This document shows positions 11,601 through 17,472 of a stretch of DNA of 64,000 nt, piece after piece (the stretch's first letter is position 1; each line of letters starts with the position of its first letter). The notes under the pieces were generated by a model. That model was not told where the DNA came from. It made no database searches and saw only the letters and a program-made list of their open reading frames with translations. Origin of the DNA: Bacteroidales bacterium (GTDB taxonomy: Bacteria > Bacteroidota > Bacteroidia > Bacteroidales > UBA4417); NCBI GenBank assembly GCA_030654075.1, contig JAURYB010000178.1, positions 6,446 to 70,445 on the forward strand, read 5' to 3'. A program made the position numbers and the translations under genes.

Positions 11601-11795
11601 ACAGGTAAAGGAACCGGGACAAAAACCGGAATCTCCGTAATTAGTTCTCTGGGAGCTGAAATCTATCATAAAGAAAGTGTTGATGCAACCCAATTCCAGG
11701 TTGACCTTTCCAATCAGTCAAATGGGGTATATTTGCTTATAATTAATCGTGCTAATCAGCAAACAATCAAGAAAATTGTTGTACTAAAAAAATAG
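2676..11795 (+). CDS. Giant (~3040 aa) T9SS-secreted surface protein: CARDB-like, Calx-beta-like, carboxypeptidase-regulatory-like and Ig-like domains, one PKD-like repeat, T9SS C-terminal domain
   Basis: Uninterrupted 9.1-kb ORF. The track starts it at TTG 2634, and the first ATG is at 2676. A hydrophobic signal-like segment (AAFALLIWLPVVASAQ) is present. CARDB-like LPDLTVTSVTAP...VKNAGAGNT segments occur. HVVVRHPFSGKIMADGFTDANGIF looks like a CarboxypepD_reg fold. The tail is IRIYPNPTTGIVNIE...GVYLLIINRANQQTIKKIVV. The exact start is uncertain. Confidence 0.85.
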   Translation: MKLLIHTNNKLNYSGVKDEFRNTKYKSDRINFLRIAAFALLIWLPVVASAQLTLPAIPSNASLAKRFELSTEMIFRVKAGNTFLPSGALIAYINGEIRGAQTASVLYPPTGVNVYKVLVFDSKSSGDTITFKYYDTFSSKIYDITEKIEFIPNLVPDYANPTILTAYCKPIDKVTGLIPVNATENLNATLDLYWQPSPNTTSYNLYFWEDGTTMPATPTNANISGTTFRLYNLKYGQIYRWKIGSINDCSSAESAIQTLKTRLLPDLTVTSVTAPANIESGSNLNVSFSVKNAGAGNTAGLQWYDAVYASTDQTWSNDDILLSTKTNVTQLEPDSTYTQSASISLPIDFTGNYYFLVKTDNTNSVVEFSEINNLGKTAAVSHITLKSLPDIRVKDIAAEKVNVNPGDSITISWKVENIGGVATAGGWVERITIVPVTGLNLSIDPNTEYTLPLPAGTTINRSRKIKMPDILRFSGDAHIQAELIPYADLIEYAANKANNIALSAGKITAGNILTLDIQETSLLENLSSPLRCIATRSGDYSANLIVSLSASVAGQVTIPATVTIPANQSSVVFNLNTINNALIDGQRTVWITATAAQYSNSAKTITILDDEIPSLTAVLNKTTATEGDTITLTVSRNLVTNQPLTVSLTTNKPSQWTFPTSFVILANTASAKVSINITNDNVPELTNDAIIYASSAGITTGTVTASIVDNDVPQVSLELLSDTVSESAGVYATWGLLKRISGDGIITVNLTSSLPGALFFPASLTLPKGAQEQKFNIGVVDNGDVDGYRKVILSGSVYISSCNCGTSAENGGIVSANLIIADNDGPTLSLAINPVSLPEGKLNAGTLTITRNTPTNNALLVNISHNDPTEVSIQTTATILAGQKSVQVPINSINDNIEDGTQMVSIQSSAPTFSSGFGYVFVTDLNKPDLVITKIAVSDSTPATNDVIEISGTAGNIGFSTAPSAMKIAFYCSKDKTLDVNDIVLGEYEFPSPISQAATAIFTKAVIIPAQTGDFYILAKINPTESLTELVYFNNVSDAVGITIAPEYTATAITDNAIYLPKTTVPIHGSAINSKNTPVADVDVDIYIITAGIRRELKAKTNSLGQYSVDFVPSIFESGHYSIGACYPKQNLSAEQDKFDIPGLIRESNSNIVWDMKLGQLITGKIALKNTSEAVLKHIVILADNLPAGCELKFDTIAVLSANQTKEFNFTLQATELTKGSNYEKINFHVQSAEGITIDFPAYYYCQALQAQLKSDPVSINTTMTKGKPRLYEFHIFNNGAGETGKVTISLPNVSWMNLISPDTLTNISPQDTVTVIVNLAPTADVPLNTPISGNITANCVNGNGVQIPYRFEVVSEEKGGLKVDVIDEYTYFTEDKPHVKNAHVVVRHPFSGKIMADGFTDANGIFAVDSLPEGSYKMNVEADKHEGFQTTITIDPGRINEQTVFISFQAITYTWEVVPTQIQDNYEVQLVMKYETSVPVPVVIVDMPKEMPQLFNDETYPFMVTMTNKGLITAKDVQINFPQDDPEYEFVTNFTTMDLLAQQSIQFPVVMKRRAGLKSATSGGTCVSFAATIYGWQCGPDRQWGHSQNSFSFSGRICIGSPGPSTTGPEGTPWWNGWAFGNVPQRGGGGYYWYNPTLGIPTVGSSTAGCEPCLISLALNGIGCFPILGPMITNAAGILGCILSLADLEVTRMDLADCGMTGLGLAIDLGEIGCAYGLARSAMDCYENPPIFTKSPEGSKPTMPPILKQSILDLEYAVAAHGALDSLSAEIYGDWDWRAKASLKDFNVETDPFIKQNKPFYPTDITALELKMAGTDISSSDIRIFTTRWNNTINAWSLQVYSPTVDHPDMIDKVKMKKYIMKIDTVQNYAISRGYDNFMEMYNVALATTKEQVDAGRSSVCASVSINITQKVVMTREAFEGTLTIFNGHTTDDMKEIKLNLEIKDENGVLSNDLFQIDTKALSILTGIDGTGTLAAQGKGSATVLFIPEKGAAPTVPKSYSFGGSFSYLDPFTGVTVTKPLFPVTLDVNPSPDIYLHYFMQRDILGDDPLTVPIEPIVPAEFAVMVQNNGYGTAQGVRIESAQPKIVENKKGLAINFALIGSNLNGQPRQLGLTNIDFGNIAPKSAAIGQWWFTSDLLGHFVSYEAKVSHLDSRGNPDLSLISGATLHELIRSVDVYSGVEDGIHDFLVNEVQDAKELPDIIYLSNGGTLDVYPAPLESTTGSIASGNHEIELTVTPKQIGWNYIKFSDPGNGIYKIASVMREDGQVIPLENVWQTFVTLPDSKEPVYENMMHFLDVFAAANPQKYTIRFIAKDQNPPEIVSFENVPTSVVTIPVTSINVVFNKPIDPATFNYEDMTLRIQAGADVMDSTVKVTQIDPVTFKIDLTSKSIQNGYYVLTVQASQISSTTGTSGLTGKQATWTQYINVPAVSEFIGLPDNNIGAPMDFIMLRFNLPIDNTTLLPSRLTWKKNGTVVSVSVTITPMDVDGKLFQVSGLKAFLLDDAKYSLTVDLPNIATINGVNGILTQSVEWEIDQTPPSVSKITLNNDGGYDLQHITAIDIQLSEAVNGFGLPSIELWKDGTRQPLSQLTLTKVSGSEYRFTQFRLLTYYEGTYTLKVNMEGVTDISGNTASGIVEQSWAVYRTTPKAVTGLKITPDLGFSDNDALTSSGTVSAVMNVNEPDSRIQIYQNDKGNRTLLADTSNIKTGSLILPIKFTIVGNLILEAHCLDSYKNEAITELPVFIDDVALLASWKNVPQKALSIQPDSLVLEFFDKLLDDTKLKDYLKFARGGLSIGTSNITISKSSDKVFVFKGMNVAGNTEGNYSLSIDLTKFQKYSSGKPGISDLKAQWSIGGINQAPVANAGTNQTVDEAQLVTLDGSQSSDPNNDQLTYKWTAPSGITLSSTTSANPTFTAPYINVETQFTFGLVVNDGIVNSDPVTVKITVRNSSLVGLPNQETSLIRIYPNPTTGIVNIETGKGTGTKTGISVISSLGAEIYHKESVDATQFQVDLSNQSNGVYLLIINRANQQTIKKIVVLKK

Positions 11796-11995
11796 AGTTT
11801 TCAAACTCTGGAAATAAAAATCACTAAGGCGATCTGGGAGATGCTTTTATCAAGTATCTCTTACATGTGCTGAGTTTATCATATATTTGGCATGGCAACG
11901 GTAAAAATTAAATTTTGAAAACAAAGCCGCTAGTTCAGTTACTGAATGAAACACCCTTGTTTGTTGTCCATTCAATAATAAAGTGGTTTAATTCC

Positions 11996-12056
11996 CCGAC
12001 CCTCTGGGTCGGAAAGAAAAAAATCAATTTTGATACCTCGAGGCTCTGCCTCGGGG
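11996..12056. repeat. Two GC-rich hairpins with TCT loops (CCGACCC-TCT-GGGTCGG and CCTCGAGGC-TCT-GCCTCGGGG)
   Basis: Read directly. The CCCCGACC...GGTCGG(GG) stem sequence recurs at 43943-43982. Confidence 0.8.
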
Positions 12057-12167
12057 TGATTCATTGTTATATGTTTTTCATTCCTTCATTTGCAATAAGC
12101 AATAGCACCATTTAATAAATAAAAAACACTAAACACATAATAAGAAATGAAAAAGTATTGATCCAAA

Positions 12168-13595
12168 TCAACAATTCTTCACCAGCAGCCGTGCCTCCAT
12201 CATATCCAGAATCGCATATTTCACTCCTTCCCGTCCTGATCCGGAATCTTTTATCCCACCATACGGCATATGATCGACCCTGAAAGTGGGAACATCATTT
12301 ATTATTACACCGCCAACCTGCAATTGGTTAAATGCCAGGTTCATTTCATTAATACTATCAGTAAAAACACCTGCCTGCAAACCAAACCGCCCTGAATTAA
12401 TGCGTTTGATAGCTTCTGCAAATGAATCAACCGGTTCAATTACCACCACCGGTCCGAAAACCTCGGCTGAACAAACCTGCATAAACTCCCTGGTACCGGT
12501 TATAACGGTTGGCTGCATAAAACTGTTTTCTCTTTTTCCTCCGGTTAGTATTCTGGCTCCACCTTTTACCGCTTCGTTAATCCAGTTTTCAACGCGGATT
12601 GCATTAGCCTCATCAATCATAATGGCCATATCAGTCCCAGGATCTATTGGATTACCTTGTTTAAGAAGCTTCACTTTTTTTACAAACTGTTCAGTAAATG
12701 ATTCGAATAAATCTTTCAAAACATATATTCGCTGGGTATGAATACAAACCTGCCCGGAATACGAAAACCCACCGGCTACGCATTTGGTAACAGCCGCTTC
12801 CATATCAGCACCATGCGAAACAATTACCCCGGCATTTCCACCTAATTCAAGCACTACTTTTTTATTGCCGGCATGGCTCTTCATTTTCCATCCCACTTCG
12901 GGGGAACCGGTAAACGAAAGAAGGCTGATGCGTTCGTCAGTAACCAGTTTATTGCCGGTTTCGCGGTTCATAGGTAAAATGGAAACAGCGCCTTTTGGCA
13001 AAGCAGTTTTGTCGATAATCTGTGCCAGCATTAATGTTGATAAGGGTGTGAGGCTCGAAGGTTTCAGAATTATCGGGCAACCGGCTGCTATGGCCGGAGC
13101 GATTTTGTGGACTGCAAGGTTGAGTGGGAAATTAAAAGGCGCTATCCCAGCCACAATTCCAATTGGGAAATATTTCACAAATCCTTCTTTACCGGCACCG
13201 GCTACTGTCCAGTCAATGCTGAAATACTCGGCTGGCAGGCGCTTGCTTTCTTCAGCAGCAACAACAAAAGTCTGGATAGAACGATCCACTTCGGCCAGGG
13301 CATACCGAATAGGCTTTCCAGATTCGAGTGTAATAAGTTCGGCAAAGTGCTGACGGAGTGAAAACAATTCTTCGCTGATCTGCTTCAGGATGTTAAACCT
13401 CATGTATGAAGGGATATTCCGCAGTTCGTCAGTTATGTTTTGTGCGGCTTTAATAGCCTGATCCAGTTCATCATCGCCGGCCAGAAATGTAGTAGCTACC
13501 TCGCTCCCATCGTAAGGATTTGTAACAGTATGCCTGGCTGAAGTTGTGATGAATTTGCCAGCGCAGTATATTTCAAAAGTTTGATTTGAAGACAT
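12168..13595 (-). CDS. NAD(P)+-dependent aldehyde dehydrogenase family protein
   Basis: 475 aa. Contains ELGGNAG and the catalytic-Cys motif FSYSGQVCIHTQRIYV, with a typical ALDH length. Substrate not assignable. Confidence 0.9.
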   Translation of the reverse strand: MSSNQTFEIYCAGKFITTSARHTVTNPYDGSEVATTFLAGDDELDQAIKAAQNITDELRNIPSYMRFNILKQISEELFSLRQHFAELITLESGKPIRYALAEVDRSIQTFVVAAEESKRLPAEYFSIDWTVAGAGKEGFVKYFPIGIVAGIAPFNFPLNLAVHKIAPAIAAGCPIILKPSSLTPLSTLMLAQIIDKTALPKGAVSILPMNRETGNKLVTDERISLLSFTGSPEVGWKMKSHAGNKKVVLELGGNAGVIVSHGADMEAAVTKCVAGGFSYSGQVCIHTQRIYVLKDLFESFTEQFVKKVKLLKQGNPIDPGTDMAIMIDEANAIRVENWINEAVKGGARILTGGKRENSFMQPTVITGTREFMQVCSAEVFGPVVVIEPVDSFAEAIKRINSGRFGLQAGVFTDSINEMNLAFNQLQVGGVIINDVPTFRVDHMPYGGIKDSGSGREGVKYAILDMMEARLLVKNC

Positions 13596-13670
13596 GGCTT
13601 TAGGATTTATCGGATAAAATTACGATTGAAAATGAAATGATGGGTTAGAAAGAGTAAATATCTGATGAAT

Positions 13671-13714
13671 GAGGTACGAGGTACGAGGTACGAGGTACGA
13701 AGTACGATTTACGA
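13671..13714. repeat. Degenerate heptamer tandem repeat (GAGGTAC)x4 decaying to GAAGTAC/GATTTAC
   Basis: Read directly: gaggtac gaggtac gaggtac gaggtac gaagtac gatttac. Intergenic, between the aldehyde dehydrogenase 5' end and the ytxH promoter. Confidence 0.95.
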
Positions 13715-13817
13715 TTTTTAAAAACTAAACTCGATTTGTACTAAATTTAACAATTAACAAATAACGATTAACCATTAACATCTGGACACCAAATCATCAA
13801 ACTATCACTTTTCATAC

Positions 13818-13825
13818 TATATTTG
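13818..13825 (+). promoter_or_regulatory. Bacteroidota sigma-A -7 box TATATTTG (ytxH)
   Basis: Matches the TAnnTTTG consensus. It lies 23 nt upstream of the ATG at 13848. Confidence 0.6.
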
Positions 13826-13847
13826 TAACTACCTTAGAACTTAAACT

Positions 13848-14087
13848 ATGAGCAAAAACAATAACAGCAAACTACTTATGGCTTTCCTGGCCGGTGCGGC
13901 AGTAGGCGCGGCCGTCGGGTATTTCCTGAATTCCGATAAAAAAGATGAATTGGTTGAAGATCTGAAAGAAGGCGCCGCCAGCCTGAAACAAACCATTGAA
14001 GATGGTCTGGGAAAAGTGAAAGAATTTGTGGATGCCTTTACTGACGATGATTTCGAAACGGAAACTGATGTCCCAGCCAAATCCTGA
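13848..14087 (+). CDS. YtxH domain-containing protein (general stress family)
   Basis: 79 aa. An N-terminal hydrophobic AFLAGAAVGAAVGYF segment is followed by a charged helical region, as is typical of YtxH. A TAnnTTTG box lies 23 nt upstream. Confidence 0.75.
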   Translation: MSKNNNSKLLMAFLAGAAVGAAVGYFLNSDKKDELVEDLKEGAASLKQTIEDGLGKVKEFVDAFTDDDFETETDVPAKS

Positions 14088-14091
14088 AGCT

Positions 14092-14460
14092 ATGAATGAA
14101 AAATCTCCTGTAATCAGTGAGCTAAGGCAACTTATCACTGAATATTTTGACGCCCGGCTCAAGCTTATAAAACTTGAAACTTTTGAAAAGATCGCCAAGG
14201 TAACTGCCGTGCTATTCTCTTCATTGGTTGTGGCATTGCTGGGGTTCTTCCTTTTGTTTTTCCTGAGCATGAGTCTGGGGTTTTTCCTGGGCAAAATTTT
14301 CGACAGTATGGCTTTGGGATTCCTTTCTGTAACCGGGCTATATTTAATCCTGTTCATGTTGGTGCTGTTTATGAAAAAAGATCTGATGGAGAACTTTCTT
14401 ATTGAACGGATTATTGGTGAACTAACGAAGAAGGAGGATGACGATGAGCAGATCAGTTAA
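14092..14460 (+). CDS. Small membrane protein, holin-X / DUF1469-like (phage holin family 3_6)
   Basis: The ATG at 14092 lies 4 nt after the YtxH stop. There are two long hydrophobic helices (VTAVLFSSLVVALLGFFLLFFL and GFLSVTGLYLILFMLVLF). This family commonly follows ytxH. The track's start at 14026 overlaps ytxH and is less likely. Confidence 0.6.
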   Translation: MNEKSPVISELRQLITEYFDARLKLIKLETFEKIAKVTAVLFSSLVVALLGFFLLFFLSMSLGFFLGKIFDSMALGFLSVTGLYLILFMLVLFMKKDLMENFLIERIIGELTKKEDDDEQIS

Positions 14461-14770
14461 TAAAGTAAGTAACCATGAGAAGCTGATCCAGGAAAAGCAT
14501 GAGTTGCAGACTTTTTGCACATCGCAGGAAAAGCTGATCAGTCTTAAATTCGATGAGCTAAAAAAGAACTTCCCGGAAATAATCACAAATGAAATCCTGC
14601 CTTATTCACAGGAAAGGAACAATAAAATCCTTTCGATACTCGATATTGCTAACGAAATTATCTTTCGGTTTCTGCCGCCGCGTTTCAGGAACAGCATGCT
14701 AACCCGGATCGCATTGAAGATAATACAGGTGTTTGTGATACGGGGATTCAGGAAGAGGAGTGAAAAGTGA
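14438..14770 (+). CDS. Hypothetical protein, third gene of the ytxH cluster
   Basis: 110-aa ORF overlapping the previous stop by 23 nt. No recognisable motif. Its last codons and stop lie inside the GTGAARA heptamer array. Confidence 0.45.
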   Translation: MTMSRSVNKVSNHEKLIQEKHELQTFCTSQEKLISLKFDELKKNFPEIITNEILPYSQERNNKILSILDIANEIIFRFLPPRFRNSMLTRIALKIIQVFVIRGFRKRSEK

Positions 14771-14906
14771 AGAGTGAAAAGTGAAGAGTGAAAAGTGGAG
14801 AGTGAAGAGTGAAGAGTGAAGAGTGAAGAGTGAAAAGTGAAAAGTGAAGAGTGAAGAGTGAAGAATGAAGAGTGAAGAGTGAAAAGTGAAGAGTGAAAAG
14901 TGAATA
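14751..14906. repeat. About 22 tandem heptamers GTGAAGA/GTGAAAA
   Basis: Read directly. Rare variants are GTGGAGA and ATGAAGA. It begins inside the last codons of ORF 14438..14770 and ends about 170 nt before the rplU promoter box. Confidence 0.97.
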
Positions 14907-14940
14907 ATAAAAGATCGAGTAGTTCTCGAATTTGAAAAGC

Positions 14941-14970
14941 CCTAACCCCAAAATCCTAACCCCAAAATCC
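14941..14970. repeat. 2 x 14-nt direct repeat CCTAACCCCAAAAT (complement TTTTGGGGTTAGG)
   Basis: Read directly. Confidence 0.9.
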
Positions 14971-15074
14971 TTTAAATATACTTGCCAAAGCACAATTATA
15001 TTCTCATATTAGAAACATTATAAAAAAAAGTTGTAAAATTTTGACCTACATGCATTTTCGTATCATTATTTTCG

Positions 15075-15082
15075 TAATTTTG
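15075..15082 (+). promoter_or_regulatory. -7 box TAATTTTG (rplU-rpmA operon)
   Basis: Matches the TAnnTTTG consensus. It lies 38 nt upstream of the rplU ATG. Confidence 0.55.
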
Positions 15083-15119
15083 CGCTCCATTTAACGGACA
15101 AAACACACAATATTCAAAA

Positions 15120-15431
15120 ATGATCGCGATAGTAGATATAGCCGGGCAACAGTTTAAAGTTGCAAAAGATCAGAAGTTTTATGTGAACCGCCTCAAAGGA
15201 GAAGCAGGTTCAATAGTTGAATTCAATGAAGTACTGCTTCTGGATAACGAAGGCACTGTAACCATTGGCACACCGCTTGTTGAAGGCGCAAAAGTGTCGG
15301 CAACCATACTGGCTCACTTACGTGGTGATAAAGTAAAAATCTTCAAGAAAAAACGTCGTAAAGGATACCAGAAGGAAAGTGGCCACCGCCAGAACCTGAC
15401 CCAGGTAAAAATCGAAGCGATAAACGCATAA
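15120..15431 (+). CDS. rplU: 50S ribosomal protein L21
   Basis: MIAIVDIAGQQFKV... is the canonical L21 N-terminus. 103 aa. Confidence 0.97.
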   Translation: MIAIVDIAGQQFKVAKDQKFYVNRLKGEAGSIVEFNEVLLLDNEGTVTIGTPLVEGAKVSATILAHLRGDKVKIFKKKRRKGYQKESGHRQNLTQVKIEAINA

Positions 15432-15462
15432 TTTTAATTGTAACTCATAATATTCAAAAGAT

Positions 15463-15726
15463 ATGGCTCACAAAAAAGGTGCCGGTAGTTCATCAAACGG
15501 ACGCGAATCACATTCCAAGCGTCTCGGTGTGAAAATCTATGGCGGACAATTCGCCCAGGCCGGTAACATTATCATCAGACAGCGTGGCACAGTTCACAAC
15601 CCAGGCCTCAACGTAGGACTCGGAAAAGATCATACCATCTTCGCTCTTTGCGACGGATTGGTTCAATTCAAGAAACGCGCGAACGACAAATCATACGTTT
15701 CTGTTCATCCTATTCAGGGCGAATAA
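15463..15726 (+). CDS. rpmA: 50S ribosomal protein L27
   Basis: [24 protein letters not shown] is the canonical L27 N-terminus. It sits immediately downstream of rplU. Confidence 0.97.
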   Translation: MAHKKGAGSSSNGRESHSKRLGVKIYGGQFAQAGNIIIRQRGTVHNPGLNVGLGKDHTIFALCDGLVQFKKRANDKSYVSVHPIQGE

Positions 15727-15770
15727 GCGCATTGGCAGTTTTTACTGCTGTTCAACTCACTTATATGAAG

Positions 15771-15801
15771 TCTCCTGGTGGTTCACGTCAGGAGATTTTT
15801 T
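15771..15801 (+). terminator. Rho-independent terminator after rpmA
   Basis: TCTCCTG-(11 nt loop)-CAGGAGA followed by TTTTTTATTTTT. Confidence 0.7.
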
Positions 15802-15843
15802 ATTTTTGTACTCGAAAAAGTGCCGGGTGCCTGGTGCCACCGA

Positions 15844-15969
15844 TTCGGAATCTGGCACTCAGAAACCGGAACTTCGGAACCCGGAACTTCGGAATCTGGA
15901 ACAAGAAGCTAAGAACCAGAAACCTAGGAACCAGAAACTTGAAACTTGAAACCCTTGAACCCGGAATCC
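15844..15969. repeat. Low-complexity block of GGAAC/GAAAC-based 7-8-mers, including the 15-mer CCGGAACTTCGGAAY twice
   Basis: Read directly. It lies between the rpmA terminator and the serS start. Confidence 0.9.
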
Positions 15970-15991
15970 TTAATTATAAATATCTGACAAA

Positions 15992-17263
15992 ATGCTCGAA
16001 TTATCCCTTTTACGCGAAAATGCTGAACTTGTTATCGAACGTCTCGCCATCAAACGTGTGGATGCACGCGAAACGGTAAAAAAAATCCTTGAAGCAGATT
16101 TAAACCGTCGCGAAACCCAGAAATTGCTGGATGATAACCTGGCTGAATCGAACCAGATAGCCCGCGAAGTCGGGAATCTTTTCAAAGAAGGCCGTCAGCA
16201 GGAAGCCAACGATCTGAAAGCCCGTTCGGCAGAACTCAAAATTGCAGCCCGCGACCTGAGTGAGAAACTCGATGCTTTGCAGAAAGAGCAAAACGACCTG
16301 CTTGTCACCTTGCCAAACCTTCCGCATCCTGAAACCCCACTGGGTCACTTGCCGGAACATAATGTGACTATTTACAGCGAAGGTGAAATTCCGGATCTGG
16401 GCGAAAATGCCCTTCCTCATTGGGAACTGACTTCCAAATATGATATTATCGATTTTGAACTGGGTGTAAAACTAACCGGTGCCGGTTTCCCTGTTTATAA
16501 AGGACAAGGTGCCAGACTGCAGCGTGCGCTGATCAATTTCTTTGTAAACGAAGGCGTTGATGCGGGTTACCTCGAAATACAGCCACCTCTTATGGTTAAC
16601 GAGGCTTCGGCATATGCTACGGGCCAGTTGCCTGACAAAGACAGCCAGATGTACCATGCTGACCTGGATAATTTTTACCTGATCCCGACTGCTGAAGTTC
16701 CGGTAACCAATATTTATCGCGACCTGTTGCTAAAAGAAACCGATTTCCCGATTAAAAACGTAGCTTATTCGCAATGCTTCCGTCGCGAAGCAGGTTCCTA
16801 TGGTAAAGATGTTCGTGGTTTAAACCGTTTGCACCAGTTTGATAAAGTTGAAATTGTGCAGATTCAACACCCTGATCGTTCATACGCCGCATTGGAGGAC
16901 ATGAAAGCTCATGTAACCGGTCTGGTTCGAAAACTGGAATTACCTTTCCGGATTCTCCGGCTTTGTGGTGGCGATATGAGTTTTACCTCTGCGTTGACTT
17001 ATGATTTCGAAGTATTTTCAGCAGCTCAGAAACGCTGGTTAGAAGTAAGTTCGGTTTCCAATTTCGAGTCGTTCCAGGCTAACCGCATGAAACTGCGTTT
17101 TAAAGACAGCACCGGCAAAACCCGCCTGGCACACACTTTGAACGGAAGCGCACTTGCTTTACCACGAATTGTAGCCGCCTTGCTCGAAAACAACCAGACA
17201 CCCGAAGGAATCAGGATTCCGAAAGCGTTAGTGCCATATACGGGATTTGAGTGGATTAAATAG
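15992..17263 (+). CDS. serS: Seryl-tRNA synthetase
   Basis: 423 aa with an N-terminal coiled-coil arm. Class II motifs are present (FRREAGS..., TAEVPVTN, GSALALPR). Confidence 0.96.
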   Translation: MLELSLLRENAELVIERLAIKRVDARETVKKILEADLNRRETQKLLDDNLAESNQIAREVGNLFKEGRQQEANDLKARSAELKIAARDLSEKLDALQKEQNDLLVTLPNLPHPETPLGHLPEHNVTIYSEGEIPDLGENALPHWELTSKYDIIDFELGVKLTGAGFPVYKGQGARLQRALINFFVNEGVDAGYLEIQPPLMVNEASAYATGQLPDKDSQMYHADLDNFYLIPTAEVPVTNIYRDLLLKETDFPIKNVAYSQCFRREAGSYGKDVRGLNRLHQFDKVEIVQIQHPDRSYAALEDMKAHVTGLVRKLELPFRILRLCGGDMSFTSALTYDFEVFSAAQKRWLEVSSVSNFESFQANRMKLRFKDSTGKTRLAHTLNGSALALPRIVAALLENNQTPEGIRIPKALVPYTGFEWIK

Positions 17264-17349
17264 TCAGGATTTTAAATCCTGAACTCCGTGGAGCGGGATT
17301 ATCCGCCTTTGGCGGATGAGATCGCTTCGCTAAGTTGCAAATCCCGCTC
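17264..17349 (+). other. Structured 86-nt region after serS: one palindromic hairpin plus a nested double hairpin
   Basis: The first hairpin is TCAGGAT-TTTAA-ATCCTGA. Then a 10-bp outer stem GAGCGGGATT/AATCCCGCTC encloses the hairpin ATCCGCC-TTT-GGCGGAT and a 22-nt segment that recurs at 40053-40074. No U-tract. Confidence 0.6.
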
Positions 17350-17386
17350 AGCCCAAATCCCTTCCAACTGAGTGGATAAAATAATG

Positions 17387-17453
17387 TCGGATGTGGGAAT
17401 TCGGATGTGTAATCTCAAAGTCGCCCAGTCGCCCCTCGCCCTTTCTCCCCTCT
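17387..17453. repeat. 2 x 14-nt TCGGATGTG(G/T)(G)AAT followed by a C-rich (A)GTCGCCC/CTCGCCC/TTCTCCCC series
   Basis: Read directly. It ends 20 nt before the TPR gene ATG. Confidence 0.9.
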
Positions 17454-17472
17454 TGCTTATAGCTATTGAACA

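Noticed and set aside
14748-14993. 81-aa minus-strand ORF (SLFTLHFSLFTLHS...)
   Set aside because: It is a pure translation of the GTGAARA heptamer array, with no start context and no non-repeat sequence.
15851-15868. Sigma-54-like TGGCAC-N5 at CTGGCACTCAGAAACC
   Set aside because: There is no TTGC at -12. The match lies inside the GGAAC low-complexity block, where such hexamers arise by chance.
15648-16079. 143-aa + strand ORF spanning the rpmA 3' end and the GGAAC repeat block
   Set aside because: It overlaps rpmA in another frame, runs through the terminator, and translates the repeat into RNFGTRNFG... low complexity.
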